The position numbers and the translations under genes were made by a program. This document shows positions 13,101 to 26,100 of a stretch of 64,000 nt of DNA, piece after piece; position 1 is the stretch's first letter; each line of letters begins with the position of its first letter. The DNA is taken from the NCBI GenBank assembly GCA_964016885.1, contig OZ024752.1, forward strand, positions 43,586,001 to 43,650,000, in the 5' to 3' direction. Source of the stretch: Eledone cirrhosa (Eukaryota). The notes under the pieces were generated by a model, which had not been told where the DNA came from, made no database searches, and saw only the letters and a list, made by a program, of their open reading frames with translations.

Positions 13101-16100
13101 CCCATCCATGAGCTTTAGTGATCTGATGTCATTTTATGATTAACAATCTCCTGAATTTCATCTAAACACTTATATTCTTTGTGCTATTCATCTTCAATAA
13201 TTAGAATACTTAAGTGGTACTTGAAGTGAATTTAATACTTTGAAAGAGTGAATAATGTTGTCTCAGTCATGAGTTTAGAGTGTGGATATAATTTTTAGTA
13301 TATTTCAGAAACATCTGTTGGTCTCCTACTTGTTTTTTTTTTATATTGAGTTGCTAAAATTTTTCAGACAACTTAGAGTTAAAAAATATTTTCTCCCTCA
13401 TAATACTTCTAATCTATTTAGTACTCCAATGAAAAGCTCTACTGCTTGAAATGTGGAGCTTTTCTACTTTCCTTTACAAACTCTATATGTCTGTGTTTGA
13501 ATATATGAGGGGGCTTCAAAAAGTTTGTGGAAAAAAACGGTTTAAGTTATGATGTTTATTTTTCAACATAGGCTCCATCTAGGTCAATACACTTCTGCAA
13601 GTGTTGATACCAGCCTTTACATCCATCTGTGTAAATTTGAGGGCCATGTGATTTAAACCATGTCAAAGCAGCTTTTTTCATCTTCAACTGAGGATCATCT
13701 TCAACCTCATCTCTTCCATTTCTAAAATGACTTATCCATTTGTAGGTTGTTGATTTCTTTGGGGCATTGTCCCCATAAACTTGCTCCAGAGTGTCAATGA
13801 TTTGGTTGCTACTCCACCCTAGCTTCACCATGACTTTGATGTTCTGATGGAGGGCATGTTGCTCGAGCAGGTGCTGACTTCCAACTGGCAGCACCGTGTT
13901 GCAACATGCATTTAAGGGTTCATGTTAGAACATGTTATGACACGTTAGTATGAGAACTTACAAGTGCATTGAGATCAAAATCCCTGCATATGATTTTTAG
14001 CTCTGTACTTTTTCAATGGACTGTTTGAAGCCCCCTTGTACAAATGAGAGAAGAAATTATGCAATAAATATAGTAGATTTTCTTTTATTCATAAAAAAAG
14101 AATTTAGGTTTCTCTCACTAATGTTGGTTTCCCTATTTTTTGCCCATATGTAGGCATGTTTGTATATAAGGAAGGCATTGGAGGTGAGAATTGTGGTGTC
14201 TATTACAATCTATTACTAAACAAACACTTCAAGTACAAGGACAATCAGTTAAAATTTAATTTAATGTTTTGCTGTTATGCAACTAAACCTGATATCTTAA
14301 TTTCTTGACTTACTATTAAGGCTGCTTATATAAATACTATAAACATCATCCACATGTATTTATATATTGAATCCTACTACTATACACTTACACACAGGCA
14401 AGATCCTGCTTTGCTACCTTAACATTTCATACCTTTCTTATCATACAAACGACCCCTTCTGATTTTCCTTTATTCACTGCCCTAATCCTATAGTGTGTTA
14501 ATAAGCCCATAAACAACTACTTCTTTAAAAAACAGTTTTATTCAATCTTAGCTTACTATATGTATGTGGAATTTCTTCTTCCCTACTGAATTAACATTCT
14601 TTGATTTTTATTTGCTGTTGACCCCTAATCTGTTGACTGCTGTTAGAGAAGTGCTTTGTTTTTACTTCTTTCTGGTATTCCTTGATATCTTCTTACTTCC
14701 ATTTGTTGTTGCTAGCATTATATAAGTTTATATAACAAGGAGAAGTACATTGTTTACAGCCTGCAGTTAAATTTAGATGTTTACAATTTACCTTTTGTGT
14801 TTTATTGGTTAAAGTCAATCTGGCTTTACAAACATAATGGTGATGTCTGTCCTCTTACAGCATTATAGATTAGTTAAACCTTATACTGTTCACATAATTC
14901 AGTCATTAGAGTCCAATATAATAATGCACAATGTTTATTTATATAGTTTTATTTTCTCTGCATAACATTTTACAAAATCCATGTAGATTTTTTTTTACAT
15001 CTTCCCCTCTTTCTCACTTTTACAATTAGTAATTTTCTCCTCCTGTTCCTCAGATAGAGAAAGAGAAATAGGCAGAGAGGGATGATGTGAATAGAATATG
15101 ATTTTCATGACTAGAGAAAGAGAGAGAAAAAAAAACTAAAGGAAGAAGAAAAACTTAGTTTGAGATCATTAATACTATATACATTGTAGTGTGTAATAGA
15201 ATATGAGAGCGAAAATGGAATAGAAAGGAAAACAGTAGAGAGCTGTTTATTTATAATTTGAACTAGCATTACATTAATATATTGCTCAGACAGTGGTCAT
15301 AATTAAGTTCTATATCTTTACAGCAAAATGTTGGTCTCTAACTTTCTAACACTGTATATTTAGGATTCCAATGACTAATTATCCATCTATCTAGGACCCC
15401 CCCCCCCTTTCCTGTTATTCCATCCACTGTCAGGACTTTAAGCACCATAGACTTTTTTCCATTCTTATGTATAAGTCATATATAAAGCACAAACATTTTT
15501 GACAGAGAATTTGTATTTTATAACTCATAAGTAAACATTTTCATAAGTAGTCTTAGATTATATATATACTCTTTTACCTGTTTCAGCCATCCGGCTGAGG
15601 CCATGCTGGGGCACCGCATATTTTTTTTTTATTTCTCCATAATTTGTGTATGAATTTAGGTATATTTATTTGGAATTACCTTATGGTATTTTTTTCATTA
15701 GTTTTGCAGCTTATCAAAAAATCAACTGATAACTGTCGACTGGACATCGTAATAGAAGGGAAGAAAACGTTTACTTATCAATTTGAAAGTGTGCATGCTA
15801 GAGAAAACTTTTGTCAACATATATGTCAAATGAAAAGCATGCATTCTACTGCAGAAGAAATAGATCAAGTATCTATCTTTATTGGAACATGGAATATGGG
15901 TGAGTCTTTTTTCTATCATTTCACAAAAAGTACAGTTAATAGCAGAATTTTTGTATGTATATATGTCATCATCATCATCTTTTAACGTCTAATTTACACA
16001 CTAGGATGGGTGTCCCATTTAAAGTAAGTTGGGTCAGGATTGTTTCTGGCTTGGTTTCTAAAGCTAGATGCCCTTCCTAATGCCAACTGCATTTACAGTA

Positions 16101-17094
16101 TGTACTGGGTGCTTTTTGTTGTGACCACTTTACAGTGTGGGCTGGGCACTTTATATATATATAATATATATAAAGGAATAAACACAGTAAATTGTGTTTA
16201 GAATTACAAGGGTAGCAAGACCACATTGGTTTGACGAATATAAACTCCAAATCAAACGGAATATACAAGATAAAATTAAAATGTACTGACCGTTTCAGTA
16301 ACTATTATCTCCTGGACAGATTAGAGATTAATCTGTTTCGCCCTGAAAAGTTGTGTTTGTAACAAATAATCTGGAGGCAGTCCTCAGCGGGAGATGAGAT
16401 TATATGCAACAAACACCTATGAGAGTAGGTAAACTAAATAAACACGAGGTAATGAAATACCTCGTCTGTTCGTCGTTTCAAGTGGCGTGGGTGGATTATA
16501 AAACGGCTAGAAATAATAGCCTAAATTCACCCAACTTGTTAGCTCACAAATCCAGGAGCCGAAATTCAATTAAAATGTAGAGTTATACACTCATAATAAT
16601 ACCCTGCAATAATCAAGCTCAAGGTAAAAATAATGAGCATTTTATAATAAATATAAAGGAATAAACACAGTAAATTGTGCATTTAGAATTACAATTTATA
16701 TATATATACTAGCAGAATGGCCAGGAGTTGCTCGGGATTCTAAACATAGATTGGCATGTTTATCCCTCCTTTCTGAAACAGTACAGAGAAGTACGGAATA
16801 CCTCAGCCTCGGGATGGTGTCTACATTTTTTGCTTATAAAAAAATTTGTCGTAGATTACCAGGGTTTTTTTTCCGTGCGAAGAAAATCAATACTTTATCA
16901 CAAAATAAATACTTTTGTTTATATTTTGTTATTGTGTATGCAAAAATATCTGTACACGAATATATAATTATATATATTAAAATAACAGATTAAAGTTTAA
17001 GCAAAGAATTGCTGCTTTCACCCATAACGGGATCTTCTGAAACTAAAAAAATCAATCTGTGAACGCAGAAGTAAATATTTCGAAAAATGTTACA

Positions 17095-17131
<37 letters not shown>

Positions 17132-20100
17132 CACACACACACACACATATAGCGTTGTAATGCAGACATACGGACAGATATTGTAAGGGTACAACGTTAT
17201 ATCTATGTATCTATCTAAAAAGAAAGACTAAGAGTTATAGTGAGAGATCGCTTTATGCGGTTCCTAGCGCATTGAAAATTTGAAATATTTTTTGCTCAAA
17301 ACACTCACAGGACCATAAGTATTACATGTGTAAAGTTTGAAAACAATCGGTTGGGTGGTTCTCAAGTTTTAGGGAGTCAGACAGACAGACAGACAGACTG
17401 TCTCTGTTTTAGATATATAGATATTGTTATACTTTAGGAAAGTCATGCTGCCAATAAAAAAACACATGCACCTGTTGGTTTTCACTTCAACTTTTTACAA
17501 ATTTCCGGTTGGTTGGTTTAATAACTGAATGGTTTTTTATTTATTGTCACACATTCTGTGGCCTCCTCAGTGACTAATTTATTTTGTGTTTCTCCTTTGT
17601 TCTGTTCTACACCATCTGGTGTTTGTGTGTTTTATATATATATATAAATATAAATATTGTAAAGGATTCCAATATAACTCAACATTATTTTTCTATGTTC
17701 TAAACAGGCACTGCCCCATTTACTGAAAGTCTTAATAGCTGGGTGCGATGTCAAGGAGCAGGAAAAATTCGAGAGCCACTTGTAATGGGAGTAATTCCTC
17801 ATGATTTGTACGTAATTGGAACCCAAGAGAGTTCGTTAACTGAGAAAGATTGGGTGAACTGCCTAAAAGCTCAACTCAGACTTTCGATGTCCATTGATCC
17901 TGAAATCGTATGTTTATTTTTATGAGAAAGTTATATCAATGTTACATATGCTGTTATATATTAAGAAATAGAAATGAAGTTTAGATTACATGTTTTTATT
18001 GATTATTGACCTGTTGTGTACATTTCACATGATTTGTTCAAGGTGCCGTATGGACCTGACACCAGCATTGATCTGTGACATATGTTTCACAGATGATTGG
18101 TTCAAGGTTCCCTATGGATGCTATGGACCTGACACCAGCATTGATCTGCTCATCAAGCCATTTATCTGTGAAATGTATGAAACAGGTCAATAATCAATAA
18201 AAATGTATGCAAAAACTAAATGGAAACCACATAGTTTAACAGTTGATGCAGTAGGAAAGAGGTCTTTATGTTTCGGCCTCTAGTCCTTCATCAGATATTT
18301 TCATTTGTTTCCTTATTTCTTTTCTTCTTCTTCCAGGTATGTGTTTGTTCTCTATGGGGTATACGTCTTGTTGTCTTTACAAAAGCAGAACATCAACACA
18401 GAATAAGTCATGTGGAGCACAGCAGTGTAAAAACAGGAATTGCCAATGCTCTAGGTAAGATCCACATACCATCATTCAATTTTAATCAGTGCCTGCTCTC
18501 ACCTATGGTCCTCAATCTTCTTGTGTATTTTGTTATTTTTAAAATTTGATATAGATTTCTCAGTTGTGACACATCTTCTGAGGTGAAACTATTTATTTTA
18601 GTATATATATACTATCATTGGAATGGAAGATTTCAATATTAGTATTAGGGTGGTGGCTAGGCAGAATTGGTAGGGTGTCAGATGAAATGCCATTACAGTA
18701 TTTGTTCTTGCATTTTACATTCTATGTTCAAATCTCACTATGGTCAATTTTGTCTTTCATCCTGCCAGGGCTGATGAAATAAGTACCATTAATCCTTTAG
18801 AATTTACATCACTCTGTATTTACTATTGTATTTTCATGATAGCCAGTTTAAATACTAAAGGGTTAAAGTACTGGAGCTGATTTTCAAGTAATTATAATGT
18901 AAAGAGTTTAAAACAATGTTTGTTTTCCACATATATTTTGAATGTATATGATTTATTTCAGGTAATAAAGGTGCGGTGGCAATATCCATGTACTTCAACG
19001 GAACGTCCATATGCTTTATTAATTCACACCTTGCTTCACGGAGTGAAAGACTAGCCAGGTAAACAGCTGCAATTTGTAGTATTGTTGTAATTATATCTCT
19101 ATAAACATAGCCTTATATATATATATATATATATATATATGATCATCATCATCATACGTCCGATTTTTCCCTGCTTGCAAGGGTGGGAGGTCCTCTTCAG
19201 CACAGCAGTTCTCACCACCTCTGCCCATGTTTTCCGTGGACTTCCTCTACTGGGATTACTTGGCACTTCTTCACCCAGCGGTCATCATCCATGTGCATCA
19301 CATAGCCATACCAATGTAGTCTTCTCTCCTGCACACTACAGTTTATTCCTCTTATACTCAGTTTCATTCTCAACTCGTTCACGCACATTGACATATAATC
19401 CATGCTAGCGTGGAAGATGGACGTTAAACGATGATGATGATTATATAAAGAAAATGTAAATGTGATTGGCATTAAACGAGTTGTCCTGTTGTGGGCAATG
19501 CTAGGTCAGGTGACTATGCCTTGCTTATACAGAACTGATTGTGGCTTGGTTTCTACAGCTGGATGCCAATCTTATTTTCAGTGATTACTGGGTGATTTTT
19601 ACGATGTCACCATCACAACCACTTTACAGTGTGGGCTGGATACTTCACTGGATGTATTCATATATATTCTGCTATTTTTTTTTATAATGTAATCCTAACC
19701 TGAATAAAAAGAATCAAGAAAATAACAAAAATGTAATATTGTAACTATTGTTTCCTTCTGTTTTAGACGCAATCAAAACTATCGTGATATTATAAAAGGC
19801 CTATCTCTAGGACAGAAACATCTGAATGTATTTGATGTCACAAATCAATTCCATCACGTATTTTGGTTTGGAGATTTGAATTATCGTGTTGAAGAAAACA
19901 TTCATGTAAATTAAATCTTTTTTTTTATTGTTTACTAGCTGAGGTACCCGGTAATACCCGGGAGCGGGTGTATTCCCAGTTCCCATTAAAATGCCCAATG
20001 CCTCTCAGACCAAAAATGAAATTAAAATATAGGACAGATAATGACAAGCGAAGACAAATTCATTTACGAAACAATAATACAAACAAATATTGTTGATTGC

Positions 20101-23100
20101 ATTGGTCAGGTGAAAAAATGTTTGTCAGAGAAGTTAAGTGTTGCTATAAGGAAAAAAATAGAACCCCCATTAGGGTGTCTTAATATTATTGAAATTTGCT
20201 GAAATTTTGTGAATAGGCAACATATCTTGTCATTTATCTATGGTTTAAATTTCATATAAATCGAAGGGAAAAAAATTTTCAGCTGGGGTTGATCCCCCGG
20301 GGAACTCTTTCATTAAAATGAAATATACATAAGAAATCAAATGGGCATGAGCTCCACACACTTGTCAAGTTTCATCAAGATTGGTTTGGAATTTTTTTGA
20401 GTTTTAGGTTCACAAACAAACAAAAATTGCCATTTATGTATATAGATTATTCACAATTAACTACCATTTATTAATAACATTCTTTTGTTAACCTAGTATT
20501 TTTTAGCTTAATATTAATGACATTTTTAATGAAAATTTTATATAATAACGACTTATTGTCTGTTATATTGATTGCTGAGTTCAGGATTTAAAAAGCTGAA
20601 GTAAGATAATTATTTAAAATAATAAGACTTATAGAATGTTTTCTAGAAAGCAAGAGAAGACTAATAAACACCTAGAAAGTTGGGGAGCGGGTGTCAATTG
20701 AACATTTCTCTTTAAATATTTCTTTTTCACAAAAGTATTGATAGTAATGTTCTTAAAATTGTGATAATTCACATCTATATCCAGCCTTAGTTATTATCCC
20801 TCCTCATAAAAACGTTCTCTCTATAACTGGTATCAATTAATTCCTTATATTTTGTACTTAGTTAAAAATGATCCATAAAAATATTTTAGCAATTTCTTAT
20901 CCGTTTTCTTTCTTTCTCCTCTCGCAGTGTGTTTTGAATAAGCTACAAGAGGGAGATATTGATAGTTTGCTTATTCTAGATCAGCTTAAAATGACCCAGG
21001 ATTGTAAAGATGCCTTTGTTGGATTCCGTAAGTCAACTCATTTCTTCAGAAATAAATCAATAAACATTTTCTTTTGATTACAGTGGAACTGATGTATTTA
21101 TCTAAAAAATAGATTTCTCTGGTGTTTAACATTGAGTAGTGTCAGAAAATATAATCATCAAAGCATATACAATGCTTTAGATAGATATTATATCTTGATA
21201 TGTTCTTATAAATAACCAAATAGTAAGTGGGGAGTATATCTAAAATATTGTATCCCTGGCCAAAATATCAGAATACAAGTTGTATATAAAACATATTGTT
21301 ATATAAATATATTGTTATATAAAATATATTATTAACCATAGTTTATTCTCATAACTTTTACATCATTATTTTCAGACATACTAGAAATGGTAGTTTAGTT
21401 CTCCAGCTTAGGAGTAATTAATCCAGCTGTGGGTACTAACTTTCATCAACTTAACGAATATGAAAAATATATGCTATATCTTTGTTGAAAATATCTTTCT
21501 TTTTATATTTTTCATAATTTTTTAATATTTCAAAATTAAACCATCTTTTGATGTGAATTGATAGTTCATTGCTTATTTAAACAGGTGAAGAGGCTATCAC
21601 ATTCCTTCCTACATACAGAATGGAACGAGGAGCAAAAGGCAAATTGGTTTATAACTGGAGGAAAGTGAAAAAAACCACAGGAGTAAGCTGACAATTATAT
21701 CTACTCTTCACTCTTTTAATTATTCCAGTTGATTAGCTGAAGCCATACTCAAAATGACAGTAAATGTTTCTAAATGTCTCCTTAGGGTTGCTTGCTTTTA
21801 TTTACATACTCAAGAAACAAGGAAGCTATAATTATTCAAATACATTAAAAAGACATGCTGGACATATTTCCAATATTATCATGATTCCTAATTTGTTACA
21901 CGGTAGCAAATATTGATATTAAGACCAGAGATATCACAAAATTCACATTTTCTATTTCTTTTTTTACAAACGCTGCCATTTTAAACTTTTTGTAGATTTT
22001 TTCCATACCATTTTTGTTTTTATGAAGTTGAAACAAATACTTTAAAGGAAATTATTTGGGGGTTTCTGACTTGATTTTATTTTTAATTCAGGATCGAATT
22101 AATGTGCCTTCCTGGTGTGATAGGGTTATGTGGCGATCTTATCCTGGAACATTTATAGAAAATATAGCATACGGTAAGATTATATTCATTTCCATTATTT
22201 CAATATGTAGAGTTTGACAAGTGGAATCTCATTTATTCATTGTATGTTCCAATTTATTGAAATTGTATATAATCTGTACTGGGTAAAATAAGTTTGTAGT
22301 TATTACAAACAGTAATGCTATGTGGAAGGGAGACCTGGGCAATGTATGCAGACGACCTACAAAGATTCTAAAGAAATGCAGCTTCGATGCTTCAATGGAT
22401 GTGTAATAGTAGGGTGCATGAACGGCAAAGTGCCAATGAACTGAGAGAGAAACAATGCACAAGAGGGGTCATATGCAGTGTACAGGAGAGGAGACTGCAG
22501 TGGTAGGGTCATGTGATTTATAGGGTGACAGCTGTGTAAAAAGGTGCAGGGAACTCAAAGTTGATGGAAGCTATGGAAGAGGAAGACCTAGGAAAGCTTG
22601 GAATGAAGGGACAAAAGCTGACCTTGCACAATTGAACCTCAAAGGAAATGACACAAGAATGAACTTAACTTTTATTTCAGTTTATTTTCTACATCTTTAA
22701 TGAAATTCCCCATTGTTCGTGTTTTCTATAGGTCTACATAATGTAACTTCCAATATATCAAACAGAACCATATATCCTTACTTAGCTCACTTCTGTTATT
22801 ATATGAGAGTTGTTTTTAAAAAAATGATAAATTTCAAACAAAAACGAAAGTGGAAAGCTTATCCTCAGTCTTATTATTTTGATGATCACTTGAAAATTTC
22901 ATCACCGAGTGTACACTTTTATTTTATTAATTCTAGGCTGTGCTGACGATATATTGAGCAGTGACCACCGGCCAGTGTTCAGTTCTTTTAATATTGGCAT
23001 AGCCTCACAGTTTATTACCAACAGAGAATCTTTGGTTGATCAAACATCTGTCCGCATTATCTTTGATCTTGTCCAAGCAGAGGTACGTATTCTGGTCTGT

Positions 23101-26100
23101 TTACCATAAATCAGCCCATTCCATTTTTCATTATAGTTCATTCAAGTAACCAATATTTACAGTTTGTTTAGTGAATTGAGAACTTAGGAAAAAATAATTT
23201 AGAATTAGAATTTCTATCTGTATTTTAACAAGTTTGTTTTGAATCTCAGAATTTGAGGATTTCTTTTGTATTAAAAACTTCATAAATATCTATCATAACA
23301 TTATTAAGACAGTATCTATAAGGGAATAAGTCTTTTTGTATCTCGAATTGATGAGGGCCACTTAGTTTTTTTAAAAACTCATAGAAACTACAATTTACTT
23401 AACTTTCATATCATATAAGGGCAAAAATAATGGAGGGTAGCATGGCATCATCAAATGAAAGTAATGGGATACACAAGAAAGCAGGGTATTATATGGGACT
23501 CAATTGATTGAAGAAATAATGTAGATATTAAACCATGGAGTAACAACTGTAAAATATAATCAGAATAAGATGTTTTATTTGTCTTCTAAAAACAGTCCAA
23601 TATATTTTAAAAGTATATTTCAAAATGGTGGCACAATAGAACTGCAAAGTAATTGAAAGTATGTATAAAGATTATGTCAATAGAGTTAGGTAGTAGCAGC
23701 AAGTATTTTAAGGCCATTTTTCCCTGCTAAAGCAGAGGTTAGCCTAGCAGGCCTCATGAAAGGCTCCCATGCTCATCAAGGGGTCCTGTTTGCAGTAATG
23801 TTTTACAGCTTTGTGCCAAAGCCTTTAATCTTCACATCTTTTACGAGACTGGGCTACAGTGTACCTATTCTAAGCTGAACTGAGTTAATACATAATTCTA
23901 TTCGATAAGTTTATATAATGTCTATTATATATATATATTGGATTAAATGTAACAATTTATCTACTCTTACTTCCAACATAGATTCGTACATGTTCCAGCC
24001 AGTATTTTGTTTTAGAGTTCTATTCCAATTGTCTTCCAAGTAAGTCATTTAAAATGGTTTGCTTTAAATATATTTATAACTTTTGTGTGTGTGAATATAT
24101 TATTCAGTTATAATTTATTTCATTTCTTCTATGGTCAATTTTATTATAAATAGTGTATATTCTAGTGTTATCTAAGCTTTAAGTATACTTCAAATACTTC
24201 AACCAATTGTTTTGTATAACTACATCCCTGATTTATAGGTTTGAACTATCAGTTTCTAAATGTTTGTATTGTTAAATATATACACAATAAGACTTAAAAA
24301 GAAAATCTTTTATTTTAATATGTTCATCAATATCCAAATGGACTGACATTTATTTCTTTTTGTTTAGATGTTATTAGTAGTAATCCTAACAAAACATTTT
24401 ATGCGGAAATTGCTGGTCTCTGCTGCCCCCAATGGACAAAAGATTCACTTCCTGAGGCAAGTATTATTAAACTGTTTCACTCATTAAATCTAGTTGCATT
24501 GTAAAGACACAATTCATAGGACAATCTAATTTGTTTGGAATATATATACATAATTTTTTCATATTCACCAATTTCAATTAGCAAAGTGAGTTAAGACAAT
24601 CTTGTCTCAGTTTACTTTGCTAACAAAACATTGTTGGAAAATGAAATAGGAAATCTTTTAAAACGGGTTATTGGTTTTGGGTGGGTTGTTATCAGTAGAG
24701 TCAACTGTACTTCATTTTGATACCTGGTCTACTGTTCCAAGAACAAATGCCAAAGACCAGACAAGCAAAGTCTCAGATTCAGGCATGATTCCTGTTGTAG
24801 CCATTTCACATCACCTTATCATCCTACTTGGTTATAAACAATACTCTGGAGAGAGATGAGTTCTACCAAGACCTTTGATGGTGACTCTATGACCCATCAA
24901 TTGTCATTCGCCAAAGAAAGAGTCTGGTGGACTCTTTAGTTGTGTCATAGACATGGTAACGTCCCTTGTACTGGTGATCTACACAATAAATGGTCACTGG
25001 GTACACTCTGTAAAGTGGTTGATGGAAAAGCCATCAAACTGTAGAAAACCTGTCAAACCATGGGAAGACTTCAGTTATGCCAAAGACATGACAACTTTCC
25101 TAGTTTTAGTACCACAATAAAATGCACTCGATGAAGAGCAGGATCATATGTTGAGCCCCCAGTCTATTTGGATGTCAGTGTCTCCACATGCATACTGACT
25201 GGTCTGTGTTGATATGTCCAACCCTTGCTAGCTCAGAAAATGAAAGTGCAGTTGGCAGTCATCATAATATAAGATAATCAGTTACTGAGATATTAGTGGT
25301 TCATGTCTTATCAGTGGTACTGATGTATCTATGATCAAAGTATTTAAATGACCTAATCAACATAATTATAAATAGATAGAACACATAAACAACTGCTATA
25401 AGTAAAGAAGACATTACTATAAAGTAATTTGGTAGTTTGGTGAGCTGGTTTGCCCTAATTACATTAAATGATGAAGCCTTTAGTTGTACCCCTACAATAT
25501 AATGGTTTAGAGGACTCATGTTATATTTTAATAAAGTTAAGACTTTTTAGTTGTCAAACAATTTCTGTATTTTTATTGTTTTTATCTGTTACTGTAGTAT
25601 TTTTATCAATTATATTTCATTACATCCCATTTTTAAAAAAATATTTTCGTATAACAGCTCCATCCAATATTTGGCGATCGAGATTATCTAGAAGAACAGC
25701 ACATATTAATCGCCATCCGAACAAGAGATGGTGACCATGAATCATATGGTATGTGTACCACTTTTAAATTGATGATTTGATTTTTTATTGCTGCTTGGGG
25801 TAGTGATTAGGGTGCTGGGTTTATGGTCATAACATCATGCGTTGAGTTTCTGGGCCAGGCAGTGCATTATGTCCTTGAGCAAGACACTTTATTTCACATT
25901 GTTTCTGTTCATTCAGTTAGCAAAAATAATTTGTACTTGTAATTGAAGGAGCTGACTTTCTCATACATTGTGTGACACTAAATCTTTCTAAAAACTACAT
26001 TAATCAATTTCTAAATAGTTTAATAGTCATTAATTAAATAATATTTCATTATTCTTAATTGTTAGGTGAGTGTGTGGTGACTCTTAAGGATATGTATTCA

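Noticed and set aside
16280-16315. Second hammerhead in the retrozyme-like element (GAAACGGUCAG on the minus strand)
   Set aside because: No intact CUGAnGA box upstream; at most a degenerate relic.
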